This document shows positions 30,089 through 40,510 of a DNA stretch of 64,000 nt, piece after piece. The stretch comes from Tubiluchus corallicola (Eukaryota > Animalia > Priapulida): the NCBI GenBank assembly GCA_030141605.1, contig JAQGDQ010002369.1, positions 186,001 to 250,000 on the forward strand, given 5' to 3'. Each line of letters begins with the position of its first letter. Position 1 is the first letter of the stretch. The notes under the pieces are model-generated. The model worked only from the letters and a program-made list of their open reading frames with translations, did no database searches and was not told the origin of the DNA. The translations under genes were made by a program, and so were the position numbers.

Positions 30089-30556
30089 TTATTTTCTTTT
30101 TCTTGTCTGAGTTGAGGGTGGGGGCTTCTGAATTTGAGGCAAACGAGATACCCTTCTAGCAGCAACCGATGATCCTGTCTGCGTATTGATGATCTCGGAA
30201 GGATACATGTGATCCCCACTATTTTCGATCCTGACTTGAACAGGAGAAATCCATCCCTGTGCTATTGGAACATCGCTAGGCCTTACTTCCCATAGAGAAT
30301 CATTGCTCAAACGAATGTAATGGCCATTGTATAGGTTTTCAGAAATATTCAGGTCTTCCTTTGGAAGATCGGAAGTACCAGAAGCTTTTGGTGTATAATG
30401 TTCTTGGATCCACTGCAATAACACCTTTTTTTCCTGGAAGGTGAGTTTGTATACTCCCGTCATTCTTTTCTCATTGGCATTCATCATGTCATCGAGGGTT
30501 TGTGCAAATAGAGGGGTAATAAAAAAACTCAGTAGAACAAGAACTCTTCCCATCAT
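30089..30556 (-). CDS. Exported conserved hypothetical protein
   Basis: Signal peptide (LVLLSFFITPLFA); G.YI.L.D.S.WEV.P.D..W pattern. Confidence 0.7.
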   Translation of the reverse strand: MMGRVLVLLSFFITPLFAQTLDDMMNANEKRMTGVYKLTFQEKKVLLQWIQEHYTPKASGTSDLPKEDLNISENLYNGHYIRLSNDSLWEVRPSDVPIAQGWISPVQVRIENSGDHMYPSEIINTQTGSSVAARRVSRLPQIQKPPPSTQTRKRK

Positions 30557-30658
30557 TGTAGATACCTGTCTTTTCTTCACGTTAGGCGATCCAGGGCACG
30601 GAGACAAGATTTTTTTTAGGCTTATAAAATTTTGGAAAAGCGCAATCTCGCCGCTATT

Positions 30659-32206
30659 CTATAGCTTGGGCTCTGGGCACTGCCTTTTCAATTCCAGTTC
30701 CAGGGCCCTAAGAGCTTTGGGATGATGGTCGCGTGCAAAGACGATCTCTTCACATCGCCTGAGGTATTGCCAGGATCGATTGTAATCAAAGCGCTCGAAA
30801 TGAATCACCGAAAGGTAGTAAAGGACCGTTGAGTCGGCCGGATCGATCTTCTCATATTTTCTGAGAATTTCCAGAGCTACCTTTTCCCTTCCTAACTGCA
30901 GGTGTGTTCCCGCCAAGGAAAGAAGTCCGGCACGGAACTTAGGGTGTCTTTTCACCACCTTTTCCAATTCCTCCTGTTTTTTTAAAATCGATTCACGAGT
31001 TTCATCGACTCCCATAAAAATAGCCTGGATTCCCTCTTCATCCACACGTCCAGCAAGATAATCTACACAGATCGTATCTTTGGATACGGCAAAATCGGGG
31101 ATCTGATCTTCGATTTTTTTCAAAATCTCTACCCCTTTTTCTTTCTGTCCGGTGAAGAGATAGCTGAATGCCAATAGTTCATTGATGAGATAGTCATCTT
31201 TAAGAAAGGGCAGTCCCTTTTCATATAGTTCCACCGCAGTTGTATAATCCTTCTTTGTCCAGCTCACGGAGGCCTGGTTAATGAAGGCAAGGCCTATTAC
31301 CTGTTTGTAATTCCTGGTCTGCAAAGACCTGGTTTCTATCCCAAGGTACATTTCTGAAGGAACATCGATTCCGCGCGCAGTAGTCTCGATGTTTGTAATC
31401 TTTCCTTCTTCATCCTTATAACGCACATAAATGTGGCCCGGTGGTGTGATGACCTCTAAATCCAAGCCTAACCTTTGGGCAATACATAAATAGAGGATCG
31501 AAACACCCAAACAGACACCTCTCCGTGAATCGATAACAGAGGGAAGGAATGTGTAAAGGTCGATGTCTTTTGCCCACAAAGAATGGGGAGGAAATCGATA
31601 CTTCATTTCATGAAAGATAAAATGATTGATCGCTTGGACCATCTCGATCGGTTTGGCATCAGGGTGCAGGCGTGCAAGGATTTGCAGTGCCATCAAATCG
31701 ATCATGGCTTCATAGAACCGAAGAACCTGTTTTGTATCATCTGCATCCGATAGTGTGAGGAGGAAAAGGCCTCTAGCGATGTCGACTTCTTCAGGAGAAA
31801 GTGCTTCAACTTCGGATGGATTCCAAACGGTATAGCCTTTTAATTTACGATTGGCGAGATGAGAGCCTAATTTTTCGATCAAGTCCAATTCTTCTTCTTC
31901 GAGCATAAGTGTCAGATCAAACGGAGAGCGGTTCACCAGAGAAATAATCGGCTGCAGATCAATCTTGGGCAGCAGAAAGTTCTGGACCTGTCCTTTTTGC
32001 TGCAAAAGCTGCCATGCTCTTTCAAGAGCTCTTCTACCTTCATATGTTTCTGGGTAAAGCTCATAAAAGGCAAAATTTTGCATCGTTGAATGAGGATCCA
32101 AACTTGAATATAGAGCCTTGATAGAGCCGCAACTATGTGGCGAGGAGAGGTCCTCAGGCTCGTGGGAAAAAATCGGAAGGATGATGGCCAATAGCAACTG
32201 AATCAT
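30659..32206 (-). CDS. Transglutaminase-like/SirB1 domain plus TPR protein
   Basis: RGVCLGVSILY, TPPGHIYVR, NIETT; C-terminal TPR-like helices. Confidence 0.8.
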   Translation of the reverse strand: MIQLLLAIILPIFSHEPEDLSSPHSCGSIKALYSSLDPHSTMQNFAFYELYPETYEGRRALERAWQLLQQKGQVQNFLLPKIDLQPIISLVNRSPFDLTLMLEEEELDLIEKLGSHLANRKLKGYTVWNPSEVEALSPEEVDIARGLFLLTLSDADDTKQVLRFYEAMIDLMALQILARLHPDAKPIEMVQAINHFIFHEMKYRFPPHSLWAKDIDLYTFLPSVIDSRRGVCLGVSILYLCIAQRLGLDLEVITPPGHIYVRYKDEEGKITNIETTARGIDVPSEMYLGIETRSLQTRNYKQVIGLAFINQASVSWTKKDYTTAVELYEKGLPFLKDDYLINELLAFSYLFTGQKEKGVEILKKIEDQIPDFAVSKDTICVDYLAGRVDEEGIQAIFMGVDETRESILKKQEELEKVVKRHPKFRAGLLSLAGTHLQLGREKVALEILRKYEKIDPADSTVLYYLSVIHFERFDYNRSWQYLRRCEEIVFARDHHPKALRALELELKRQCPEPKL

Positions 32207-32235
32207 AAATTCCCATCATATGAATCGAATATCTT

Positions 32236-33822
32236 CTAATCAATGAGCTTTGAAATTTTCTTTTTCAGCCCTTCATGAGTTGTAAGTTCTTCTATAGTGG
32301 GACGGAGTCGAAAGGTCCAGTTCTTAGGGTTTTGCGTACCCGGTACATTGATTCTTTCATCTTCTGGATTTTCCCAGGACAGCTCAGGGAAAAAAGCCAG
32401 GTATTCACCCAGTAAATTGATGTGAAAGATAGAACTGCTATGATGGGCATCATAGAGTATGGACTCTCTTTGAGCCTCGGTGATTTTCGGATTGTATTTC
32501 CAGCCTTTTGTCCGGGCATAGATCTCAGCATCGACGTGATGATTCATCCAGTATTGTTCAAGAGTTTCCGAGTCATGAGTGGAAACAGTGGTCAGTGAAA
32601 TAGGCTCATAGTCAGTCGGGGGAATGAAGCTGCCATCTTCATCCCAATATCTTTCCCAACGCATGAATTTAGTACCGCAGATTCCAAGAGATTTCAGAGT
32701 AGAGTAAACTTCGGGCGGTATGGTTCCCAGATCTTCAGCCATCGGGAGCATCTTAGATGATTCGATCATCATTTCTAATAGCTCCTTTCCCTTAAAGGGC
32801 CATTGATAACGATTTTCTGGTACAAAATGTCCTTCGGTCGGTTTTTTCCCGGATGGAACTGACCAAATACGGAAAAATCCGACTACATGATCGATCCGAT
32901 AGATGTCGTAATAGTTTTGGGCTACATGCAATCTGCGCCTCCACCAGGAATACTGGTTGTCCTTCATCACATTCCAATTGAATAGTGGAAACCCCCAAGC
33001 CTGTCCTTCTGGAGAATAGAGATCAGGGGGAGCGCCAGCTCTCTCTTTAAGACAGAAAAGGTGGGGATACGCCCAGACATCGGCACTTGATGGATTGAGA
33101 AGGATCGGGATATCACCTTTTAGCAGGACTTTTTTTCCAGCTGCATAGTTTTTTACAGATCGAAGCTGCTGGCTACAGAGATATTGGACCAAAGTGAAAA
33201 AATCTATCTCTCTTTGATGTTCTTTAATGAGGGCAGCTGAGAACTTCTGTTCCTTTTCAGGCCAATGTTCCCAAGAACATCCTTTATGGGTCTTCAATAG
33301 AGCTCGAAAAAGCGTGTATTCCCGAAGCCAGGAATGGGTATCTAAGAACTTCTGATACTCAGAATCCTTTTCTAATAGATGAAAGTGTGCCTGGAAATAC
33401 TCTTCCAACCAGGCCAGCTTGTGCATTTTCACAAGATGATGTTCTACGTTTTTTTTCTCCCGAAAAGGGGCAAAGAGTTTGAGTTTTCCCAATAGAGCTT
33501 TATCTTCTTTGACATAAGGCAACGCTTCAAGGTTGAGAAAGATAGGGTCGAGCGCACAGGATGAGATGGCATTGAAAGGGCTGGGATCATCATAGGACTC
33601 ATTAAGAGGGAGAAGCTGGATAACATCCAAGCCGATTTCACTGCACCAGTCGATCATTGGTATCAAATCAGTGAATTCGCCGACTCCATGATTTTTTTCC
33701 CTTTTTAAAGAAGAGAGAATTAAGGCAATTCCATGATGAGGACGAACACCGACATGTTCCCATTGGGACCGTGTTGCGGTATTTTGTAAGAAGTTTTGAA
33801 GGTTTTGATCCGTCTTATTCAT
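32236..33822 (-). CDS. malQ: 4-alpha-glucanotransferase (amylomaltase)
   Basis: QLLPLN, GDIP, GAPPD, RIDHVVGFFR, AEDLG, THD, NVPGT. Confidence 0.95.
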   Translation of the reverse strand: MNKTDQNLQNFLQNTATRSQWEHVGVRPHHGIALILSSLKREKNHGVGEFTDLIPMIDWCSEIGLDVIQLLPLNESYDDPSPFNAISSCALDPIFLNLEALPYVKEDKALLGKLKLFAPFREKKNVEHHLVKMHKLAWLEEYFQAHFHLLEKDSEYQKFLDTHSWLREYTLFRALLKTHKGCSWEHWPEKEQKFSAALIKEHQREIDFFTLVQYLCSQQLRSVKNYAAGKKVLLKGDIPILLNPSSADVWAYPHLFCLKERAGAPPDLYSPEGQAWGFPLFNWNVMKDNQYSWWRRRLHVAQNYYDIYRIDHVVGFFRIWSVPSGKKPTEGHFVPENRYQWPFKGKELLEMMIESSKMLPMAEDLGTIPPEVYSTLKSLGICGTKFMRWERYWDEDGSFIPPTDYEPISLTTVSTHDSETLEQYWMNHHVDAEIYARTKGWKYNPKITEAQRESILYDAHHSSSIFHINLLGEYLAFFPELSWENPEDERINVPGTQNPKNWTFRLRPTIEELTTHEGLKKKISKLID

Positions 33823-34268
33823 TTCAAGCCAAATGGCTTCGGAGCTTGATTCGGTTCTATTTGTTTGGGAGAAGCATGGCCTGCTTCGATGGCCTCTTTC
33901 CATACAAAAATATTTTCGATCCATCGAGCCAATTGATCAGACAGTTTGGCTACATCCAGACCTTCGAGGGAAATAGTGTCGTATAGTGCGATTTCATTCG
34001 TTGCATCGGAGAAGCCCAAAATCCCTTTTTCCTCTTGTTGGTCATTTGCCTTTAATGCCTCTCCCAAGACCTTTTCCCGAAACTTTCCTGGAGGGACCAA
34101 ACAGAAAAAAGAAACCATCCGCAAGTATTCTTCATTTTTATCCATTTCCAGCATAAGAGTGATCTTTTCATCGATCAAAAGAGAGCAGGTTTGATTCGGT
34201 TCGGCCTCAAGTGAGATACCCATATGTTTTCCCAGGTCTTCAATCAGAATTTCAAATGCATTCTGCAT
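33819..34268 (-). CDS. scc1: T3SS chaperone, CesT/SycE family (Scc1)
   Basis: Small acidic protein, PPGKFRE..L.EALKAN; position between copN and malQ. Confidence 0.8.
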   Translation of the reverse strand: MQNAFEILIEDLGKHMGISLEAEPNQTCSLLIDEKITLMLEMDKNEEYLRMVSFFCLVPPGKFREKVLGEALKANDQQEEKGILGFSDATNEIALYDTISLEGLDVAKLSDQLARWIENIFVWKEAIEAGHASPKQIEPNQAPKPFGLK

Positions 34269-34269
34269 C

Positions 34270-35439
34270 TTATTCTTCCTCTTCCTCTTCTTCCATTTGC
34301 TCTTCGAGATCTTCCAGGGCTTCGATGAGAGCTATGAGGACTTCCTGCCGATGTTGGTTGGATCGGTATAATTTGGGAGCCACTTGCCGAACCGCGTCTC
34401 TCATTTGAGAGAAAATAACGACTTGGGCAGCTGCCTCTTCTGATATCCCCAAAAATCGGCTCAATTGCAGCACACGGTCAGGCGAAAGATATCTTTCAGT
34501 AAGAAGTCTCATGAATTGCTTTGCAATCAACTCAAAAGTAATGAGCGTTGGATAAGAAAGTTGTCTAGAATCAAACTGATCATGAACGAGTTTCATTCTG
34601 CCTCTGAAGAACCGGTAAACTCCTAATATGGCCTGGAGAGTTCGGGTATCATCGATCAGTCGTTTCAACTCTGCTCTCGTGATAGAAGGACCCTTTGCCT
34701 TTAAATCACTTCCTAGCGAATTTAAGAGGAAGTCGATGACTGTCTTCATTCTCTGATAGGTGAATCGTGAGGATAGTTCTTCAAATAGCTTATTAGGCTC
34801 TCTTGGATTACCTGTAATGTCCCGGTACATATCCCTCAGCGCGGTGGGACTGCCCAATCCCTGTTCTGAAAACTCCCTTGCTTGCGTGTGGATGTTATAA
34901 CCAGCTTTGATCTCCCTTGGGAACCGCTCATTGAAAAGGGAACGGGCCTCTTTCATAGTGTCGGCAAGTTTTCCCGTTGTAGTATTCTCTAAATACTCCA
35001 TCGCTTCATCTGCAAGAGAGTGATCGGAGTACATTTCCATCACTTTGCGGATGATTTCTTCAGGATCGTCTCCTGCTTTGATCCGTGAGCGGAGTATGAT
35101 GAGTGTTTTTGACTGAAGTTCGGGATTTCTTTTCTGGAACTGGCTGGCAGACTCTTCGGCTTTTTCCGTCTCTTCTACCTTCATGACTTCTTGTTCTTCT
35201 CCCGCTTCCTGTTTGACCATTTCTCTTCTTTTAGCCCGGTGTTCTTCAAGTCCGCGGAATCGACGCATCATCTGGCCAGTGCTGAAGTCTCCTTCTTGTT
35301 CCCGTTCTTTCATCGAACTCTTGGATGCGACTTGTTGGACGATTCGGTTTTGAATCGTCTTTTTTTCTTCCATTTTCTCATGACGGATCGAGTCGGCATC
35401 ACCAGGACCAGGGGCTCTTCCAGAAATATTATCAGTCAT
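34270..35439 (-). CDS. copN: T3SS gatekeeper (LcrE/YopN family)
   Basis: RNPEL, LADEA, LRDMYRDITG, DLKAKGPSI; downstream of cdsV. Confidence 0.85.
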   Translation of the reverse strand: MTDNISGRAPGPGDADSIRHEKMEEKKTIQNRIVQQVASKSSMKEREQEGDFSTGQMMRRFRGLEEHRAKRREMVKQEAGEEQEVMKVEETEKAEESASQFQKRNPELQSKTLIILRSRIKAGDDPEEIIRKVMEMYSDHSLADEAMEYLENTTTGKLADTMKEARSLFNERFPREIKAGYNIHTQAREFSEQGLGSPTALRDMYRDITGNPREPNKLFEELSSRFTYQRMKTVIDFLLNSLGSDLKAKGPSITRAELKRLIDDTRTLQAILGVYRFFRGRMKLVHDQFDSRQLSYPTLITFELIAKQFMRLLTERYLSPDRVLQLSRFLGISEEAAAQVVIFSQMRDAVRQVAPKLYRSNQHRQEVLIALIEALEDLEEQMEEEEEEE

Positions 35440-35547
35440 AAAGCTAGATTACTCCTTAATCCTCGTATGAAGAGATTTCATTATTTTTTCTAGAGAAAAC
35501 CGAAGGAGAGAAGAAGTAAAGAGGTTAGAGAATTGGGTTGCTAAATG

Positions 35548-35722
35548 ACGTGTCGGGGGCTGATAGCCCCCCGCGACCCCGTTGAGCTCTCTATGCTTCG
35601 ATCATCCACGTCCTCGAAACTCCACCGTGCGGAGCACTGCTTACGTTTCTGTGGTGTGGGTGCTCATTACCTAAAGCAGCCTCGGGCTGCAATGCTCATT
35701 TCATGTAGCATCGCAGAACCAT
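35548..35722. repeat. GC-rich structured repeat element, copy A
   Basis: Colinear with the reverse complement of 35829-36066; hairpins GGGGGCTGATAGCCCCC and GCAGCCTCGGGCTGC. Confidence 0.8.
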
Positions 35723-35828
35723 AAAAGCATTTAAAGCCATTGGTTGTATTATTAAGCCTATTTATTCAAAGGTGTTTTTTGTTCTGATAAAAAAATAATT
35801 GTGAGAAGAGATTGTTAAATAAAAAGGG

Positions 35829-36066
35829 ATGGTTCTGCAACGATACATGGAAGGGGCCCCAACTTGTTGGGGAGGGAATGAACGTTGCAGCCCGAGGCTG
35901 CTTATGGCGATAAACAATCGCAGGCTGCTTATGGCGATAAACAATCGCATCGCAGGAGCGTAGGCAGTTCTCCGGACGGCGGAGCTTCGAGGACGCGGTT
36001 GTTTGAAGACAGAACAGCTCAAGGGGGCAGCGGGGGACATTGCCGAAGGGCTTGTCCCCGACATGT
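35829..36066. repeat. GC-rich structured repeat element, copy B (inverted), with an internal 27-bp tandem duplication
   Basis: Reverse complement shares TGTCGGGG, TTGAGCT, GTCCTCGAA, AAGCAGCCTCGGGCTGCAA and GCAGAACCAT with copy A. Confidence 0.8.
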
Positions 36067-36113
36067 TATAGGGGAACTGTAACAAAGGGAATAAACCAAA
36101 ATGATTAGCCTGA

Positions 36114-38240
36114 TTAGGAAAGTTGTATTCTGCCGAGAGGTTGGATGCGGATCTCTGGAACGATCTCTTGGTAGGAGACTACGGCGAGCTCGGGGAACTC
36201 TCCTTCGATGAGTTTGCGAACAAAACGACGTACGTCGATAGCGGTGAGCAGGACAGGAGGCTGACCGCCAGGGGGGGTGGGAACGATGGAGCTTCGCATG
36301 GCGTGGAGAATAAGTTGGACGGAATCGGGGTCGAGGGCGAGATAGGATCCCGCTGAAGTTTGTTTGATGGCACCCCGAACCATGTCTTCGATCTCAGGAT
36401 CGAGAAGATAGACAGAAAGAACTGTCTGTCCCTGGGAGTATTTGAAACTGATGTACCGTTTTAAGGAAGATCGGACATATTCGGTGAGGAGAACGGTATC
36501 TTTTTCAGTCTGTGCCCATTCACTTAGGGATTCTAAAATGGTGCGAAGATCTTTGACTGAGCACTGCTCCTGGACGAGACGTTTGAAGATTTCTGTTAAT
36601 TTTTGCAAGGGGACTAACCGGGTCACTTCTTTGATCAGATCCGGGAAGGATTTTTCGACAAACTCCAGGATGGCCCGTACTTCCTGTATTCCAATGAACT
36701 CGCTTGCATATTGCCGGTAGAATTTAGAGAGGTGTAAGATCATCACTTCGAGGGGGGACCAGAATTTAATTCCGGCACGTTGCAAGATCTCTTTATATTT
36801 CTCATCCACCCAAAGACTGGGCATTCCCGGCATTCCCTTTGAACTTGTGAAAGGAAGGTTATACCTTCTCAGAGTTTCTTCTGATTCGTTTGTCAGAACA
36901 TGGTTTTGGATGATCTTTCCTCGGACGACAGGAACTTCATTAAGATGAATGGCATATTCATCTTCTTCCAGGGAAGGGGAGTCGGTGCGGACATGTACTC
37001 CTGGGAACCGGACCCCGAGATCCTGGTAGAGGGCATGTCTCATTTTTGGGATCATCTTGTCGATGAAGGTCATTCCCTGTTTGTCTTTTTTGATGAATTT
37101 TGAAAGTCCTTTGCCTACTTCAAGGACAACAGGGAGAGTCAATGCATAATCTTCTGCGCCGCCTGTTACAACAGCATGTCCTTCTACATCTGTTTCTACG
37201 GAAGAAATGCCTGCGACGGCCTTTGCTGCTGCTTTTTTTCTGGACGACATGATGACAAATCCAATCCCGCCAAGAATGGCAGCGATGATGAGAAATGGAG
37301 ATGCTGGGAAGCCTGGAATAAAGGCCATGAGAACAAGAATTCCCCCAGCGATTACCAAAGCTTTTGGTTGATTGAAGAACTGTTCCGCAATTTCACCACC
37401 TAAGTGGGAACCCTTTTTGTCGGAAGAAACACGGGTTGTGATGATACCGGCGGAAATCGCGACCATGATAGATGGGATCTGGGAAACGAGGCCATCTCCA
37501 ATGGACAAAAGAGAATACACTCTGGCTGATTGGCCGAGCGTCATTCCATGCATGGTGACCCCGATAATCAATCCACCCACGACGTTGATAATAGTGATGA
37601 CGATACCGGCAATGACATCTCCCTTTACGAACTTCATGGCACCATCCATGGCTCCGTAAAGCTGACTTTCTTTTGCTAGACCCAATCGTAAATCGCGCGC
37701 TTGCTGGGTGTCGATGATCCCTGCTCTCAAATCCGCATCGATACTCATCTGCTTACCAGGCATCGCGTCCAAGGTGAAACGGGCAGCAACTTCAGCAACC
37801 CTCTCAGCACCTTTGGTGACGACGATGAACTGAACGATCGTGATGATTAAAAAGATAACTCCACCGACCACATAGTTTCCTCCCACGACAAAGTTTCCAA
37901 ATGCAAAGATGATGTGCCCTGCATTCGCATGGAGGAGGATCTGACGTGTTGATGAAATATTGACCCCCAGTCGATACATCGTTGTGATCAATAGAAGAGA
38001 GGGGAACATAGATAAGTGCACGGCTTTTTGAATGTAGAGAGAAACAAAAAGCAGGCTAATCGAAGCAGTAAGGTTGACGGCGATCAGAACATCGATGATA
38101 TGGGGAGATACAGGAAAGATCAGCATCATGATGATGCACATGATCAAGAACGCCAAAAGGAGATCGCTCGATCTCATGATGGTGCCCAAAGCTCTCTCAC
38201 CGCCTAGAAAGCGAGAAAGATTGTCTGTAAACTTATTCAT
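36114..38240 (-). CDS. cdsV: T3SS major export apparatus protein SctV/LcrD
   Basis: FPSLLL, GAERVAEVAARFTLDAMPGKQMSIDADL, GAMDGAMKFVKGD. Confidence 0.95.
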   Translation of the reverse strand: MNKFTDNLSRFLGGERALGTIMRSSDLLLAFLIMCIIMMLIFPVSPHIIDVLIAVNLTASISLLFVSLYIQKAVHLSMFPSLLLITTMYRLGVNISSTRQILLHANAGHIIFAFGNFVVGGNYVVGGVIFLIITIVQFIVVTKGAERVAEVAARFTLDAMPGKQMSIDADLRAGIIDTQQARDLRLGLAKESQLYGAMDGAMKFVKGDVIAGIVITIINVVGGLIIGVTMHGMTLGQSARVYSLLSIGDGLVSQIPSIMVAISAGIITTRVSSDKKGSHLGGEIAEQFFNQPKALVIAGGILVLMAFIPGFPASPFLIIAAILGGIGFVIMSSRKKAAAKAVAGISSVETDVEGHAVVTGGAEDYALTLPVVLEVGKGLSKFIKKDKQGMTFIDKMIPKMRHALYQDLGVRFPGVHVRTDSPSLEEDEYAIHLNEVPVVRGKIIQNHVLTNESEETLRRYNLPFTSSKGMPGMPSLWVDEKYKEILQRAGIKFWSPLEVMILHLSKFYRQYASEFIGIQEVRAILEFVEKSFPDLIKEVTRLVPLQKLTEIFKRLVQEQCSVKDLRTILESLSEWAQTEKDTVLLTEYVRSSLKRYISFKYSQGQTVLSVYLLDPEIEDMVRGAIKQTSAGSYLALDPDSVQLILHAMRSSIVPTPPGGQPPVLLTAIDVRRFVRKLIEGEFPELAVVSYQEIVPEIRIQPLGRIQLS

Positions 38241-39310
38241 CTCAACAGTTCCGCATTCACATCAGGATTTTCTTCTAATGAAGATATCCATTTCAGGATT
38301 TCTGCAACAGTCTCATATGTATCTTCAGGAATGTAACCTGAAATCGACCCTCTTGCAAACAAATCTTGTGCCAATGATACATTTCTCATGATAGGCACAT
38401 GGTTCGAGATTGCAACTTTCACAATTTGATCTGCGATAATTCCTTGTCCCATCGTCAGAATAAAAGGAGCAGGATCGGCCTCTTCATCATAGGAAATGGC
38501 TACTGCGATATGGGTCGGATTTGTGATAACCGTTCTTGCTTTTTTCGCAGCACCCGGACCTTCCTGATAAGCAATCTCACGAAAGGTCTCCCGCCTTTTC
38601 CCTTTAATCATTGGGTCCCCTTCTGTATCCTTGAATTCCTGTTTTACTTCAAACTTTTCCATCTTCATTGACTTTCCAAAATCATATTTTTGGAAAGAAA
38701 GATCAAAAACAGCGACCATCAGAAAGAAGACTGCGACCCTGATCGTTATCTTAATTAAAAACTCATCCAAGATCAATGCACTCCCATAGACTGGCATGGC
38801 AACGGTTTGGATTGCTTCAGGGATTGTTTGCATGATTGTAAAATAAATGATGGCAGCGGCTCCGATGAGCTTTAGAATGTTTTTGGTCAGTTCCATGACT
38901 GTTTTGAGTTTGAACTTTTGTTTCAAACCGGCGATGGGATCGAGTTTTTTGAAATCGAATTTCATAGCCTCAAATGAAAATAAAGGTCCAATGATCAAAA
39001 AGTTCACAAGTACGCCGACGAGGGCAGTAATCAAAACGATGGGAAAAGAAGAATAAGCGATTACTTCCATTGCCTGGAAGAGATAAGCACCTGCCATATT
39101 CTCGATATTGGCACCGGTCCCGACAGAATGGAAGAGCTGCATAATGAAGCCACCGATTTGTTTGAATAAATATCCGGTGGACATCAAAGTAGCTGAGATC
39201 GAAGTGACAAATGTAAAAGCGGACGGAAAGTCCTGGGATTTGGCAACTTGTCCTTTCTTTCGACCATCTCGAAGTTTTTTCGGAGTCGCCTTTTCGGTTT
39301 TTTCAGCCAT
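38237..39310 (-). CDS. cdsU: T3SS export switch protein SctU/YscU
   Basis: EKTEKATPKKL, EGDP, NPTH autocleavage motif. Confidence 0.95.
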   Translation of the reverse strand: MAEKTEKATPKKLRDGRKKGQVAKSQDFPSAFTFVTSISATLMSTGYLFKQIGGFIMQLFHSVGTGANIENMAGAYLFQAMEVIAYSSFPIVLITALVGVLVNFLIIGPLFSFEAMKFDFKKLDPIAGLKQKFKLKTVMELTKNILKLIGAAAIIYFTIMQTIPEAIQTVAMPVYGSALILDEFLIKITIRVAVFFLMVAVFDLSFQKYDFGKSMKMEKFEVKQEFKDTEGDPMIKGKRRETFREIAYQEGPGAAKKARTVITNPTHIAVAISYDEEADPAPFILTMGQGIIADQIVKVAISNHVPIMRNVSLAQDLFARGSISGYIPEDTYETVAEILKWISSLEENPDVNAELLR

Positions 39311-39389
39311 GGGGAAGTCTTGCTCTTAGTATATAAAAGCCTAGCGAAAGAATGAACGGGCAGTCAAGGAAAAACGGAAGTGGGATCCG

Positions 39390-40481
39390 CTAGTTATGGA
39401 AGAACAGGATCACATCACCGTCATGAACAATGTAGTCTCTGCCTTCTGAGCGGGCTTTTCCAGCTTCTCTAGCCCCAACGCGTCCCTTGTATTCGATCAT
39501 ATCCTGAAAGCTGACCACTTCTGCTCGGATAAATCCTTTTTCAATATCACTGTGAATTGCTCCTGCAGCTTGAGCTGCAGTCATTCCTTGCCGGATGGTC
39601 CAGGCTTTGGTCTCTACTTCACCTGTAGTAAGGAAGGTGATCAGTCCTAGAAGATCGAAGGCAGATCTTGTGAGTTTTGCAAGGCCCGTCTCTTTGAGGC
39701 CAAGTTCTGTTAAAAACGCCTGAACTTCTTCGTCATTGAGCTGAGCGACTTCTTCTTCGAGCTTTGCGCAAATAGGAATAACGGGATTTTTTTCCTTTTC
39801 CGCGTACTCTTTGACAGCCTGCACATAAGCATTGTCCATGGACGGAAGATCTTCTTCGCCGACATTGGCGACATAGAGAATTTTTTTTGCGCTCAGGAAT
39901 GAGTAGGACTTTAAGATTAGTTTTTCTTCCTTTGTAAAATCTAGAGAGCGGACAGCTAGGTTCTGGTTCAGGTGGTCCATGATCTTTTTCATGAGGGTGA
40001 GGGTTTCAGGCGATTCTTTTTTCCCCCGCGCCCCCTTTTCAAGTTTCACAACGATATTTTCAACGGTTTGAAGATCTGCAAGGATCAATTCGAGGTTGAT
40101 CACTTCGATGTCCTGAATCGGATCTATTTTTCCTTCTACGTGGATGACATCTGGGTCTTCGAAACAACGAACGACCTGGACGATGGCATCTGTTTCACGG
40201 ATGTTGGAAAGGAACTGATTGCCAAGACCTTCTCCCTTTGAAGCTCCTTTGACAAGACCGGCTATGTCGACGAAAGAGACGGTGGCGGGAATGGTTTTCT
40301 CACTGCTTGAAAGAAGAGTTAGGTGTTTTAATCGGGGATCTTCCAGAGGAACAATGCCGACATTGGGATCGATCGTGCAAAAAGGATAATTTTCTGCTGC
40401 TACGATTTTTTTTGTCAGTGCATTAAAAAGGGTAGATTTTCCAACGTTCGGCAGCCCGACAATTCCACAGGACAATGACAT
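39390..40481 (-). CDS. ychF: Redox-regulated ATPase YchF
   Basis: [38 protein letters not shown]. Confidence 0.95.
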   Translation of the reverse strand: MSLSCGIVGLPNVGKSTLFNALTKKIVAAENYPFCTIDPNVGIVPLEDPRLKHLTLLSSSEKTIPATVSFVDIAGLVKGASKGEGLGNQFLSNIRETDAIVQVVRCFEDPDVIHVEGKIDPIQDIEVINLELILADLQTVENIVVKLEKGARGKKESPETLTLMKKIMDHLNQNLAVRSLDFTKEEKLILKSYSFLSAKKILYVANVGEEDLPSMDNAYVQAVKEYAEKEKNPVIPICAKLEEEVAQLNDEEVQAFLTELGLKETGLAKLTRSAFDLLGLITFLTTGEVETKAWTIRQGMTAAQAAGAIHSDIEKGFIRAEVVSFQDMIEYKGRVGAREAGKARSEGRDYIVHDGDVILFFHN

Positions 40482-40510
40482 GTTCACCTCGGTTCAGAAC
40501 CGGTATAGGT

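Noticed and set aside
35895-35948. Possible mini-CRISPR
   Set aside because: Two abutting units with no spacer, and no cas genes
35762-36085. ORFs 35762..36085 (-) and 35885..36082 (+)
   Set aside because: They lie within the GC-rich repeat; their peptide repeats just reflect the 27-bp duplication
33819-39310. T3SS cluster as a new system
   Set aside because: Canonical chlamydial cdsU-cdsV-copN-scc1-malQ locus; only the inserted repeat doublet is unusual
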